Shown piece after piece: positions 1 through 10,900 of a stretch of 64,000 nt of DNA. The stretch spans positions 1,909-65,908 of the forward strand of contig CAIYRB010000101.1 of the NCBI GenBank assembly GCA_903928445.1, given 5' to 3'. Numbering within the stretch: the stretch's first letter is position 1; every line of letters starts with the position of its first letter. Below the pieces are notes generated by a model, which did not search any database, was not told where the DNA came from, and saw nothing but the letters and a program-made list of their open reading frames with translations. The position numbers were made by a program, and so were the translations under genes. The stretch is from an uncultured Pseudomonadota bacterium (GTDB lineage Bacteria > Bdellovibrionota_B > Oligoflexia > Oligoflexales > CAIYRB01).

Positions 1-81
1 CCTGATTCATGCGCGCGCCTTAAACGGTAGCTCACTGAACCGCTTCACACTGGTTGAATAAAACGCGTCGCTAAGTGCAAA

Positions 82-120
82 GGCCCTGCAGCAAGTCGTG
101 CTGCGGGGCCTTTTTTTTTT
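82..120 (+). terminator. Rho-independent terminator closing a + strand gene that lies upstream of the window
   Basis: Stem-loop ggccctgcagc/aagtcgt/gctgcggggcc (82-110) followed directly by T10 (111-120). Confidence 0.85.
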
Positions 121-161
121 GAGCGGGTGACCCGTCCATCCGGGTCGCCCCTAATGCTTGC

Positions 162-494
162 TTAGCGGCACTGCAGGAGGGTCGTACGGCCTTCGATGAT
201 CAACTCGCCAACGTTCGTTGGTTGGGCAGGAGAGACGATGAACAACACGTCGCCGCCTTTAACTGCGGACCCGACTTTACCAGAAAAACTCGCGTCAACG
301 CCTTCGAAGGTCAGAGTCTCGCTAGCAGTCTTGACGACTAAGGTCGCCAGTTGGCTACCCGAGTCTTGTAGCAACTGGACCGTTTCACCAGCAGCGCCGA
401 CACATTCGACCACGCTGGTGCTCGCGCGGGCGACCTGACCGAGACCGAACATTATGAAACCAGCAGCCGCCAGGGCTTTCATCGAGATACGCAT
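162..494 (-). CDS. Small secreted protein, unknown function (110 aa, 2 Cys)
   Basis: ORF preceded by AGGAG 5 nt upstream of ATG. N-terminal signal peptide MRISMKALAAAGFIMFGLGQVARA. No recognisable family. Confidence 0.6.
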   Translation of the reverse strand: MRISMKALAAAGFIMFGLGQVARASTSVVECVGAAGETVQLLQDSGSQLATLVVKTASETLTFEGVDASFSGKVGSAVKGGDVLFIVSPAQPTNVGELIIEGRTTLLQCR

Positions 495-802
495 GAGTTC
501 TCCTATTGAAGTTGAGTCGTGAGAATCGGAACAGTGACGGGCAATATTGTGAAAAATGGGTTGTTCGTCAACCTGATATCGCGTAGAAAAAATCCGCTGT
601 CATCAGGCGAAGGCGGTCGCATGAGCCGCGACACTGCCAGCTGAATCGTGCTGATAGGCCTTCTCGAAGCATTCCAGCGCATCTAAGATAGCCAATGCCT
701 AAATTAAAAAGCAGCCGAGACAGGAGGTAGGCGTCGGCCTTGACCTTGCTGATGGCCACTTGATCCAGCGTTTTGCCGATCTCAAAGCGGGCGCCCGCGC
801 AC

Positions 803-1483
803 TCAGGGCCGCACATGACCATCGACGACTTCGATGCGCCGGTCACAGCGCGCCGCCAAGCGGCTATCGTGGGTCACGACTAGCACCGTCAAGCCTTTAT
901 CCTGATTGAGTCGCCGCAGCAGCGTGAAGATCTCGTCAGCATTGTGCGTATCAAGATTGCCGGTTGGCTCATCGGCGAGCAAAAGCACAGGATCGGCGGC
1001 AAGCGCTCTGGCCATAGCGACTCGCTGCTGCTGACCGCCTGACAACTTCGGTACTGCAGCATCGGCAAGATGCTCCATACCGACCAAGGCCAAGGTCTCA
1101 AGAGCCTTGGTCCGCATCCCGGCTCGCTCCCTACCAGCATGGGCCATGAGTGGCAGCATGACGTTTTCCGCCGCGGTGAAGCCCGGCAAGAGGTGATGAA
1201 ACTGAAAGACAAAGCCAAGCTTACTGCCGCGAAATGCCGTGAGCTGCCCAGGCGTCAGGGCCAGCACATCAGCTCCGAGCATCTGCAGCGTCCCTTGCGT
1301 CGGCCGATCGAGCAGACCGATCAGATTGAGCAGAGTGCTTTTGCCCGAGCCGGATGGTCCAATGATCGCGGCAAAAGCGCCAGCGGCGACGCTTAAATTG
1401 ACACCATCTAAGGCGCGCGCCCGGCCTTCGCCGTAGTCTTTGACGATATCTCGCATGACCAAGATGGGTTGTGCTTCAACCAT
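803..1483 (-). CDS. ABC transporter ATP-binding protein (LolD/MacB-type ATPase)
   Basis: Walker A GPSGSGKST, signature LSGGQQQRV, Walker B LLLADEPTGNLD, H-loop THD. The ORF runs to 1579, but the internal Met (MVEAQPILVMRDIVKDYG) at 1483 overlaps the upstream permease stop by 8 nt and matches normal family N-termini. Confidence 0.9.
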   Translation of the reverse strand: MVEAQPILVMRDIVKDYGEGRARALDGVNLSVAAGAFAAIIGPSGSGKSTLLNLIGLLDRPTQGTLQMLGADVLALTPGQLTAFRGSKLGFVFQFHHLLPGFTAAENVMLPLMAHAGRERAGMRTKALETLALVGMEHLADAAVPKLSGGQQQRVAMARALAADPVLLLADEPTGNLDTHNADEIFTLLRRLNQDKGLTVLVVTHDSRLAARCDRRIEVVDGHVRP

Positions 1484-2717
1484 AGCGAATCGCCACCGCT
1501 GGATCGAGGAGTGCGGCACGGCGCGCGGGCAATACCGAGGCGACCAAACCGACGCCCAGCGCCAAGAGCGACGAACCAAGAAGGAGCCCAGGCGTCACCG
1601 CCACAGGAAAGGTCGGCCCCCCGTCCGCATTGCGGCTCAGGTGCCGAAAGGCCTCGGCTAACACCGCACCAAGGATGACCCCACCAACGGCCCCAAGGCC
1701 ACCGAGCATCGTCCCTTCGAGCAAAAAAATCCGCAGCGTTTGCCCCGTCGATGTGCCAAAGGCCCGCATGATGCCGATCTCTCGCGACTTTTGCATGACT
1801 ACGACCATCAGCACGCTGGCGATGCCTAGCGCGACGGCGATCACGACAAAAAACTCGATCACGTAACGCGAGCTATCCTGACTGCGCAAGCCGCTCACGA
1901 GTTGCTTATTGATCTGGAGCCAGCTATCAGCGGTAAGTCCGGTGCTCGCGGCAAGGCGCCTGGCGACGCGTTCAGCGCCAAACACCTCTTTGACGCGCAC
2001 CTCCAAGGTGGTCGCACCGCCAGGAATATCGAGCAGTGCCTGCGCTGCTTTTAGGTTGGTCAACACCCAACGGCGGTTGACATCGCGGCTCCCGAGATCA
2101 AAGATTCCCGCAATCGTAAACACGGATGCCTGAGTCGCCCGCGACAAAGTCGCGCCACTCTGACGCGTCGTCGTCAAGCGCAGCTTGTCGCCCACGACTA
2201 GCCCAAGATCCCGCGCCAGCTCGACGCCGACCACGGCCTGGTCTGCTTGGATATTGAAACGCCCGGATTTTAGATGCTTGGACACCGGTACGATTTGGTC
2301 GTAGGCGGCGTCGATCCCACGCAGCGCCACGGCGACGTTAGCGATGCCATGAGTGGCAAAGGCCGCACCGGAAGCAATCACCGCCGCGGCTTCAACCGCA
2401 GGTGTAGCGCGAGCCGTTGCTAGCGACGCCTGCCAGTCGTTGATCACCAGCTCCTTTTGCGGTGGTTGTGCCACCAACGCCAGGACCACTGCGCCATCGT
2501 CTCCTGGCGTGTACCTTGGGGGACTCTTTAGCCGAGTCATGATCACATGCGGCTGCGAACCAAGCGTCGTCGCGATCAAGCTAGCCTGGAGTCCGTTGAT
2601 CAGCGCCGAGAGAAAAATCACGACACCAACACCCAAAGTGACGGCGGCGAGAATCAGCGCCGTCTGAAACCGCGCCTCCTTCAAATAACGCAACGCAACA
2701 AACAGTTCGAACGGCAT
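1476..2717 (-). CDS. ABC transporter permease, FtsX/LolC/LolE-MacB family
   Basis: 413 aa. N-terminal TM helix, large periplasmic domain and C-terminal FtsX-like 3-TM bundle (REIGIMRAFG motif). Lies between an HlyD adaptor and an ABC ATPase. Confidence 0.88.
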   Translation of the reverse strand: MPFELFVALRYLKEARFQTALILAAVTLGVGVVIFLSALINGLQASLIATTLGSQPHVIMTRLKSPPRYTPGDDGAVVLALVAQPPQKELVINDWQASLATARATPAVEAAAVIASGAAFATHGIANVAVALRGIDAAYDQIVPVSKHLKSGRFNIQADQAVVGVELARDLGLVVGDKLRLTTTRQSGATLSRATQASVFTIAGIFDLGSRDVNRRWVLTNLKAAQALLDIPGGATTLEVRVKEVFGAERVARRLAASTGLTADSWLQINKQLVSGLRSQDSSRYVIEFFVVIAVALGIASVLMVVVMQKSREIGIMRAFGTSTGQTLRIFLLEGTMLGGLGAVGGVILGAVLAEAFRHLSRNADGGPTFPVAVTPGLLLGSSLLALGVGLVASVLPARRAALLDPAVAIRYG

Positions 2718-2729
2718 CGTTAACCCCCC

Positions 2730-3944
2730 TCAACCGTGACCAACAGCTCGCACCGCTTGACCATCGCGCAAGCCGCCATCCTGCGGAATCAGCACCTCGT
2801 CACTCTCGAGCACTCCGGACGTGATCTCGAAGAGACTGTCCCCACGCAGGCCAAGGCGCACCACGCGGCGACTCGCCTTGCCACCGTTAGCGACAAAGAC
2901 ATAGGGTTCTTTGCCGTCTGGCTCTTGCACTGCGGCATGGGGAAGGGTGAAGGAGGCATTTGCCGCCGCTGTCGTGATCGCCACCGAGACGCTCATATCG
3001 AAGCGCAGAAAGGACGGCGGATCTTTCACCGCCAGCCGCACTTCGACGGTCCCACGCGCCGGATCAATCGCCGGCGCCAGCCACGTCACCGTCGCGGCAA
3101 AGGGCCTGCCTGGATAGGAATCAGCAAGCACCGAGGCGGCTTGGCCGACCTGAATCAGCGGCAGATTCTTTTCGTCGACCTGCACCGTCACGCGCGGTGA
3201 CCCACTAGCGGCCATGTCGACTAGCAAATCGCCTGGCCGTACGGCATCGCCAGGCGCAACCGGCACCTTCAGGGCCGTCCCATCCATCGGCGCGGTCAGC
3301 GTGTAATCGGCCAAGCGCGCCGCCGCAGCAGCCACCATCGCCTGCGCCTGACCGGCGGCGGCAATAGCGATCCGGGAATCGGCGCCCTTCGGCGACGCCG
3401 CGCGAGCCTGGATGGCCGCGGCGGTCGCCTGGCTCTCCGCCAGCCGTAGGTTCATCGTCGCCTGCTCAAAATTTTCTTTGGTGGATGCATTCTGCTGCGC
3501 CAGAATCTCCTCGCGACGCAGGTCCCGACGCGCCGTCGCGACCTTCAAATCGGTCTGCCTAAGCGCCTCAACCGCGACTCTAGCGCTGACGCCCTGAAGC
3601 TGTTGGAGCTTGGCCAGGCTTTGCTCGCTGGCCGCCTGGGCCTGGGCCAAGGACGCCTGGGCTTCGGTATCCTCGAGCCGCACCAAGGCCTGACCCATCT
3701 TGACGCTGTCGCCTTCACCGATCAACACCGTCATGACGACCCCGCTGACCTGTGCGCCCAGCTTTGGCCTCAGCTGCGGCTCGATGGACCCCGATGCCAC
3801 GACCATCTGCACCACGTTTGCCCGCTTGAGACGAACGGCATCGATCTGTGGGCCGCGAATCAACCGCCACAAGACACTCGACACGACCGCTGCGACTAGG
3901 ACAGCAGCGACAGAAAGTAGGATAGAACGACTGGAGTAGGCCAT
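2730..3944 (-). CDS. HlyD-family periplasmic adaptor (membrane fusion protein, MacA-like)
   Basis: 404 aa. N-terminal TM anchor, long Ala/Gln-rich coiled-coil hairpin and beta-barrel C-terminus. First gene of the exporter operon. Confidence 0.85.
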   Translation of the reverse strand: MAYSSRSILLSVAAVLVAAVVSSVLWRLIRGPQIDAVRLKRANVVQMVVASGSIEPQLRPKLGAQVSGVVMTVLIGEGDSVKMGQALVRLEDTEAQASLAQAQAASEQSLAKLQQLQGVSARVAVEALRQTDLKVATARRDLRREEILAQQNASTKENFEQATMNLRLAESQATAAAIQARAASPKGADSRIAIAAAGQAQAMVAAAAARLADYTLTAPMDGTALKVPVAPGDAVRPGDLLVDMAASGSPRVTVQVDEKNLPLIQVGQAASVLADSYPGRPFAATVTWLAPAIDPARGTVEVRLAVKDPPSFLRFDMSVSVAITTAAANASFTLPHAAVQEPDGKEPYVFVANGGKASRRVVRLGLRGDSLFEITSGVLESDEVLIPQDGGLRDGQAVRAVGHG

Positions 3945-4076
3945 TTAGAGGCTCCCTTTGCCACGGCCATGCGCTAGAAAAGAACATGATCGTGGGTGCA
4001 ACTGGCAACTTGAAGTCGGTATACCACCTCTGAAGCCGGAGCACCATATCGCCGTAAGCGTCGTACGGGCCCGCTT

Positions 4077-5387
4077 TCACAGAAATATTGCCATATACAA
4101 TGGCATCGAGCTGACGGGGGGTGGGGTACATACATTCTTAGCGGATAACTTAATGGCCTGCTGCACCCCGCACTGGCGCATGACGGCCGTGACCGACTTT
4201 GATTTTGTGTTATCCGACGACTTCACCTCGACGGCCGTGGCCTTTTTCCCATGGCGGATGAAAAAATCAATCTCCATCTTGGCGTCCCGCTCAAAGTAGT
4301 AGAGGTTCTTGCCGGTCTTGGTGAAGATGTCGGCGATGATATTTTCGTACACCGCGCCCTTATAGATGCCGAGATTGCCGTCCATGATCTCCTGAGCCGA
4401 CCCTTCGTCAAGCATCGACACCAGGAGCCCTGTGTCGCGCATATACACCTTAAACACATCGCTTTTTGCGTGCCCCTCAAGGGGTAGCTCTGGTGCCGAT
4501 AGATTGTGGCAAAAATTGATGATGCCAGCGTCCAATAGCCACATGAGACTACCGCCATATTTCCGCGCGCTACCTCCACGTTCGACCAGACTATATTGAA
4601 ACTTCTTGTGCTCCTTAGCCAGATGCCTTGGGATCGATAGGAAACAAGCTCTTGCCTTGGTCTTCTCGTTCCCATCAGCATATTTGGCAATGTCGTCGCT
4701 GTAGTCCCTGACGATGGCTTTCTGCAACTGCAGGACTCGGCCAAAGTGATGGTTCGTTATGAAGTCCTGCACCACTCGCGGCATACCGCCGACGACTACG
4801 TGCTCCTTAAACAACTGCATCATACGTTCGTGCATCGCTGTCGGTACTGGCTGTAGCCGCGTCCAGTAGCCCTTTATATCGTCGATAGACGCGGCACTGA
4901 CGCCGTTCGCCCATAAAAACTCCTCGAAATCCAGTGAGTGCATGTCCACGTGATCGACGTAGCCGACCGGGTAGGATGGCACCTCTTCATAGTGGATGCC
5001 GAGCATCGATCCGGACGCAATTACATCAACGCGGTCGTCCTGAGCGAGGAACTTCAACGCCGTGCGAGCCCGAGGACAGTGTTGAATCTCGTCGAGAAAT
5101 AAAACGGTCTGTCCACGCACGAATTCCGCGCCCGGCAGGCGCAGCGAGATTTGCTTGGTCAGGGTCGTCACATCAAGGTCGCCGTCAAAAATGGCTTTGT
5201 GTGACGGCGTCTCGTCGAAGTTGATTCTTATGTAATGTTGGTAGTGACGCCGTGCAAAGTCGTCGATGGCATAGGTCTTACCGACCTGACGGGCCCCTTT
5301 GACGAGGAGGCACATGCGCCCTTCGCGAGCCCTCCACTCCAGCAGACTTTGGGTGATCTTGCGTCGCAGCATCGGGGTGGATCCCAT
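4077..5387 (-). CDS. AAA+ ATPase with C-terminal DUF4143-type domain (ATP-binding protein)
   Basis: 436 aa. Walker A LLVKGARQVGKTY, Walker B LFLDEIQ. Overall layout matches the AAA_14 + DUF4143 family. The gene and its flanks are visibly more AT-rich than the neighbours. Confidence 0.8.
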   Translation of the reverse strand: MGSTPMLRRKITQSLLEWRAREGRMCLLVKGARQVGKTYAIDDFARRHYQHYIRINFDETPSHKAIFDGDLDVTTLTKQISLRLPGAEFVRGQTVLFLDEIQHCPRARTALKFLAQDDRVDVIASGSMLGIHYEEVPSYPVGYVDHVDMHSLDFEEFLWANGVSAASIDDIKGYWTRLQPVPTAMHERMMQLFKEHVVVGGMPRVVQDFITNHHFGRVLQLQKAIVRDYSDDIAKYADGNEKTKARACFLSIPRHLAKEHKKFQYSLVERGGSARKYGGSLMWLLDAGIINFCHNLSAPELPLEGHAKSDVFKVYMRDTGLLVSMLDEGSAQEIMDGNLGIYKGAVYENIIADIFTKTGKNLYYFERDAKMEIDFFIRHGKKATAVEVKSSDNTKSKSVTAVMRQCGVQQAIKLSAKNVCTPPPVSSMPLYMAIFL

Positions 5388-5578
5388 AGTTCCGATGAAT
5401 GTAAAATTACTCTTTAATATTAGATACTTGCATTATTTAGTCGCGAATATCTACATGTATATGCATATTTTTACCACGAATATCGACCTACCATTGCATG
5501 GTTTCGTCATTCGTGCCAAGTTTGAATCCGGCCTGTATCACCCTAATGGTTCTAGGCCCGGCTGTAGAGTGGAGTACA

Positions 5579-5604
5579 AAAGTCAGCCATAAAGGACTGA
5601 CTTT
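5579..5604 (-). terminator. Putative intrinsic terminator of ligA
   Basis: 8-bp stem aaagtcag/ctgacttt with a 10-nt loop, about 15 nt downstream of the ligA stop. On the - strand the stem runs into a U-rich stretch (cugacuuuugu). Confidence 0.45.
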
Positions 5605-5618
5605 GCGCAGACCACTGA

Positions 5619-7625
5619 TCAACGATCAGGCTTGCCTGTCTGGTCACCATCGGCCGACCCTTCAATGGCTCGCCACAACCTTGCTTCACTCCAGACCGGA
5701 ATACCCAAAGCCTTCGCCTTTTGCATCTTACTGGACGCTGAGTCCGGCTCATCCGTGATCACCGCATGGGTCGTCTTCGCCACACTCCCCGACAGTCGCC
5801 CCCCCGCAGCTTTAATCGCTTTCTCCACCGTCGCCCGCGGCTGACTGAGTGCACCGGTGATGACAAAGACCTGCCCACTAAGCGGCCCATCACCGGTTGC
5901 CGCCGTCGCCGCTTTGGGTACGACTCCGGCTGCGAATAGATCATCGATCAACGGCCGCTTGACCTCCAGACCCAACACGATCTGCGCCGCCGTCTTCTCC
6001 GCGAACCCATCGATAGCCGCCAGCTGTTCCTGACTCGCCTGTAGGATGGCATCGAGGGTCGGAAACTCCGCCAACAACTTTTCCCACGTCGTTAATCCGC
6101 TCCCTTCGATCCCTAGACCATTCAAAAATTGAGCAAGTGGAAGATGCCGACTCTTCTGAATATTGGCATATAGCTTAGTCGCCATCTTTTCTTTGGTCTG
6201 AGGAATGCGGTAAAAATCCTCGACTTTCAGCCGGTAGAGATCGGCCATGGTGCGCACAAGTCCAAGCTCCATCAACGGGGCCAGACGCTTTTCGCTGAGA
6301 TCCTCGATCTCGGCCGCGCGAATCCAATTGAGCACGGCGCCTAATTGCTGCGCGCTGCAATGGGCCTCATTGGGGCATTTAAGGCGCACATCATCAAACA
6401 CCAGGGCTGCCCCACACGATGGACACGCATCTGGCCAGCGGTACTCACCCTCGGCGGCGTGCACCACCTGCAAAAACTTCGGGATCACTTCGCCAGAGCG
6501 CACGATCTCGACGTCGTCGCCAGCCTTCAGATTATAGGCTTTGACGTGCGCCGCGTTGTGCAAGGTGACATTGGTGATCGTGGCGCCACTCAAGCTCACT
6601 GGAGCCACGATGGCCACCGGTGTGACGATGCCAAGTCGCGAGGTGGCCCAAGCGACGTCCTGAATCCGCGTCGTCGCGGTCTGCCCTTGCCATTTGAAGG
6701 ACATTTTATAGCGAGGGTGGTGCGAGGTCAGGCCAAGGGCATGCTGGCGGGCGATACTATCGTAGGTGAACACGGCGCCATCGAGCGGGATCTCCCCCTC
6801 AGCCAATAATTCTCGCACCCTTTCGATATACCCACCCACAGCGCTTTGACCGTCTAGCCGCTCCGGCTTTGGCAAGACAAAGCCTCGTGCCGCCAGCCAA
6901 GCAATTTGGTCGGTCTCTGTCTTTAGGCCTAGATCGACCGAAGCACTGCTGACATGGAATGCAAAGAATCCGAAAAACCGCGCCAGGTTTATATGCGACT
7001 TGCGTCCCATGAGACCAGCGACGATATTGCGCGGACTGGTCGGGCGCTCAAGGCCCAACTCCTGCATCGTCTCGGCGAGCTGGATAAACCGACTATCGGT
7101 ACAATATAATTCGCCGCGAATCTCGATGTCGCCGGCAATCCCTGGAAGAGCAGGCAGAGCCTCGGTGACCCAGCGAACCTTAGGCGTCACGTCCTCACCG
7201 ATCACCCCATTACCGCGAGTCTTGGCCATGACCAGCACGCCATCGCGATACAGCAAGCTGATGCTGACGCCGTCGATCTTCAACGTTCCGACCACTGGCT
7301 CGGTACCGACCCATTTCAGCAGTTCGTCCAGATCGTAGGTCTTTTGCAGACTGAGCATCGGCGAGGAGTGAGCGACCTTTGGCAAGTCGGTCGTGAGGTC
7401 AGTACCGACGACCGCCAGCGCCGGGTGCGTCGGCGCGAGCTGCCGCAGCTCGTCTTCGAGTGCATCGAAGGCCGCATCGCTGATTTCTGGATGGCCGGCA
7501 TAATAGAGCGCTTTGTGGTGCAGAATCCGCTCGGCTAAATCAGCGACGCGAGCACTGCTATAGGGTTTGGCAAGCATGCGGAATCGAGGGTCCTTTGGCC
7601 TTGGGTGGGACGATCTATGTTTCAT
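5619..7625 (-). CDS. ligA: NAD-dependent DNA ligase
   Basis: 668 aa. Adenylation motif KIDGVS, Zn-finger cysteines (CPSCGA...CPN..C), HhH repeats and a C-terminal BRCT (FVITGAL...). Confidence 0.97.
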   Translation of the reverse strand: MKHRSSHPRPKDPRFRMLAKPYSSARVADLAERILHHKALYYAGHPEISDAAFDALEDELRQLAPTHPALAVVGTDLTTDLPKVAHSSPMLSLQKTYDLDELLKWVGTEPVVGTLKIDGVSISLLYRDGVLVMAKTRGNGVIGEDVTPKVRWVTEALPALPGIAGDIEIRGELYCTDSRFIQLAETMQELGLERPTSPRNIVAGLMGRKSHINLARFFGFFAFHVSSASVDLGLKTETDQIAWLAARGFVLPKPERLDGQSAVGGYIERVRELLAEGEIPLDGAVFTYDSIARQHALGLTSHHPRYKMSFKWQGQTATTRIQDVAWATSRLGIVTPVAIVAPVSLSGATITNVTLHNAAHVKAYNLKAGDDVEIVRSGEVIPKFLQVVHAAEGEYRWPDACPSCGAALVFDDVRLKCPNEAHCSAQQLGAVLNWIRAAEIEDLSEKRLAPLMELGLVRTMADLYRLKVEDFYRIPQTKEKMATKLYANIQKSRHLPLAQFLNGLGIEGSGLTTWEKLLAEFPTLDAILQASQEQLAAIDGFAEKTAAQIVLGLEVKRPLIDDLFAAGVVPKAATAATGDGPLSGQVFVITGALSQPRATVEKAIKAAGGRLSGSVAKTTHAVITDEPDSASSKMQKAKALGIPVWSEARLWRAIEGSADGDQTGKPDR

Positions 7626-7900
7626 GCAGAAAGCTAGTGGCTATTCGGCAAAAATCAAATGCAAAATGACCGCGACTAGGTACAAATCACGGCCTGACGC
7701 CCATTTTTTGACCTTCTGCATACGAAAAGGCAGCGATCGTCTCGACTGGCCCTAAGTACGACCTTTGCCAACCTGGATTGCCCGACCATTTCCCACCATT
7801 ATTACCATCCAACGCACTGTTATCAAACAATAAAATAATTTCAGCTCAGGAGTCGCCGCAGTTTGCCGATGGGGGCCTTAAGCCTTACTAGGAGTTAGCC

Positions 7901-10900
7901 ATGGGTCGCCTCCAACGGTTCAGCCACATCGCCGCCGCATCCCTGCTTTACTTAGCCTCCGCGTCAAGCTTCGCCGGCCCATTTGTCTTCAGCTACGGCG
8001 GCAGACTCGCCAACAGCTCAGATGTCGCGGTCACGGGGCCAGTAAACATCGAACTGAAATTCTTCCGCTCCGCCTCAGGCGGCAACCCGGTTGGCGTCAG
8101 CAATATGTCCTTCAGCAACGTCCCACTTGAAGACGGCGTCTTCCAAGTAGACATCGGCCAATTGACCTCTGCCGAAATGGCACTCGTCTTTGACTCCAGC
8201 CAAGACACCTACGTCGAGATCACCGACAACACCCACAACGTCACCTACCCTCGTCAACACCTCAGCGCGATGCCCTACGCCATGAAAGTGCCAGTCGACG
8301 GCAAAACCTTGGCCTTTGATTCCAGCGGCAACCTCGGCTTATCGCTGAGCAGCTCCCCAGGCACCAACCAATTCGTCACTAAAGACAGCAGCGGCAATTT
8401 GATTTGGGGCACCCCCGCAACCAGTGCGGCGTCCTTGCAAGGCCAAAGCATTAGCGCCACGACACCTGGATCTGGGCAAGTGCTGCAATACGACGGAACC
8501 AAATGGTTGCCGGTAACCCTGGCGACGGTGACCACTGCCAACAACATCAACTCCGGCACCTTGGGGGCGTCTTACGGCGGTACCGGCGTCACTTCGAGCG
8601 CAACCTTTCCGACCGCGGGGGTGATCGTCACCGAGGCGGCCACGGAGACCCTCACCAACAAAACTCTGACGGCGCCTCTGATTAGTTCGATCGTCAATAC
8701 CGGAACCTTGACGTTGCCAAGCTCGACAGACACGCTGGTCGGTCGCAATACCACCGACACCTTGACCAACAAAACGCTGACCAGTCCCATCGTCACTGCG
8801 GGCACAATCACCGGGGCCTCGCTGATTTCCGGATCTACCTCGGTAAACACCAGTGGAACCATCACCGCTGGTGCCATTGCAACCAATGCGGGCCTGACTA
8901 TCAAAGGCAACGGCGCTGCCGCCAACATGCTCACGTTAAACAATGGTGGCAATACCTTCGCCTTGAATTTTAAAGCACCTGACGTTTTGACGGCTTCAGT
9001 AACGTGGGTCTTACCAACAGCGGACGGTAGCGCGGGCCAGTTGCTATCGACTAACGGCGCTGGCTCATTTAGCTGGACAACCGGAGTCGGCGGCGGTACC
9101 GGCGGCGCGTCTGGTGCGGCAGGAGGTGATTTGGTTGGCGCATACCCAAACCCGACACTCGCCACCAGCGGTGTCACAGCAGGCAGTTATACCAAAGTGA
9201 CGGTCGATGCTAAGGGCCGCGTCACTGCTGGTTCTACGCTCGTTGTAGGGGATATTCCGCCGCTTTCCGCTGCGACCATCAGTTCGGGAGTGCTCGGCGT
9301 CGCCAACGGCGGCACTGGCGCCGCCACCATCATCAACAACGGCGTCGTCATCGGAGCTGGCGCCGGTGCTCTTTCAGGCGCCACGGGCACTAACGGTCAA
9401 GTCATGACGGTCAATTCGTCTAACCAACCAATCTTTAGCTCCGTGAATCTTGGCACCGCTGCCGCAGTTTCTGGCACTCTCGCCGTCGCCAACGGCGGTA
9501 CTGGAGTTACGACATCGACTGGTACGGGCAGCCTAGTCCTCTCAAACAGCCCAACACTTGTCACACCATCACTCGGCACTCCTACAAGCGGTGTCGCGAC
9601 CAACTTAACCGGGCTTCCCTTGACCACTGGAGTTACGGGCACGCTTGCAGTAGCCAACGGCGGTACTGGTACGACCGCGACGCCGGCTAACGGTCAGTTG
9701 CATATCGGTAACGGCTCCGGTTTCGCCCTGGCGACTTTGACTAGCGGTACTGGCATCAACGTGGTCAACACGTCTGGAGCAATCACGGTCAACGCGACGG
9801 CAGATGCTTCGACTAAAGTGACAAAAACAGGCGACACGATGACTGGTACCTTGAATCTACCAGCCAATGGGCTAAATGCCGGTACCAATCAATTGGTGCT
9901 ATCTGGCGGCAATATGGGGATCGGGACCACAACTCCGAATGCCAAGCTGCAAATCAGCACCACAAGCGCAGCGCCAGGTGTTGTGGTCGTGGCCGCGGCC
10001 GGGCAGACTGCGGACCTGCTCGAGACGCTGAACTCCGCCGGTACGGTCATCGCGCGCGTGACAGCAGTCGGCGAATTCAGCAATCCCAATCCAGGAGGAG
10101 GAAGCGGCGGACAGAACGAGCGTTTCGGCGTGGGTGCTGGCAGCAACATGATCAATGGCGTCGGCAACACCCTGATCGGTAACTCGGCAGGGAACTCTGT
10201 GACCACTGGCAGCAGCAACACGCTGATCGGGTCTTCGGCAGCCTCGACATTAACGAGCGGAAGCAGCAACGCCGTGATTGGGACCTCTGCGGGCGGTGGC
10301 GTTACCGGCAACTACAATACAATCATAGGGACCCTCGCCGACGCCCCAGGCCTGAACGGCTGCCTCGCGATCGGTTGGGGCTCTACTTGCACGGCTAATA
10401 ACCAGATGGTGACTGGCTCAGGAGGTATCAGCGTGAATGATATTTACTGGGGGAACGGCGTCGTCAATTCGGCGGCATCGACCCCGACCTTGAACGCCAC
10501 GGGCGGATCGGGCGCGGACACAGCCGGCGGGGGACTGATCCTTGCGGGGGGTAAGAGCACCGGCACCGCCGCCGGCGGGCCCTTGGTTTTTAAAACTTCA
10601 CCAGCGGGCGGTGCGGGCAGCAGTCCTAACGGCCTCGTCGAAGCTATGCGTATCACCGCGGCTGGCAACGTCGGCATAGGCACTACCACTCCGGCAGCGA
10701 GACTTGCTGTATACGCCTCCGCGGGGTCTGAAATGTTGCACCTTGTCGCCCCGGCCTCCTCGGCGGCGATCTTCCGTCTCGGTACAAATACAATAGCTAA
10801 CTCACTGCAGCTCACCTTTAATTACATCGGGAATGCCAATGCCAATAACTATGCCTCCTTAGGTGTCCAAGGCTTATCTACGCTATATTTAGTAGGTACT

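Noticed and set aside
568-846. 92-aa - strand ORF in the gap between the small secreted protein gene and the ABC ATPase gene
   Set aside because: It overlaps the 3' end of the ATPase gene, and has no SD, no family resemblance and an odd composition. The 500-800 region is more likely non-coding or a decayed relic.
5515-5543. tRNA-like 3' fragment (gccaagtttgaatccggcctgtatcaccc) that could mark an att site for the AAA-ATPase insertion
   Set aside because: Only the GTTTGAATCC T-loop-like core matches. The T-stem does not pair (gccaa versus ccggc), no CCA or acceptor partner exists, and no matching repeat occurs at the other end (3945-4076).
7868-7880. Similarity of tttgccgatgggg upstream of the fibre start to tttcgccgatggga upstream of X1 (11866), as a possible shared regulatory box
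   Set aside because: The match is only about 12 nt, it is not conserved upstream of X2/X3 (ccaccgata/ccaccgaga), and it has no palindromic or promoter-like structure.
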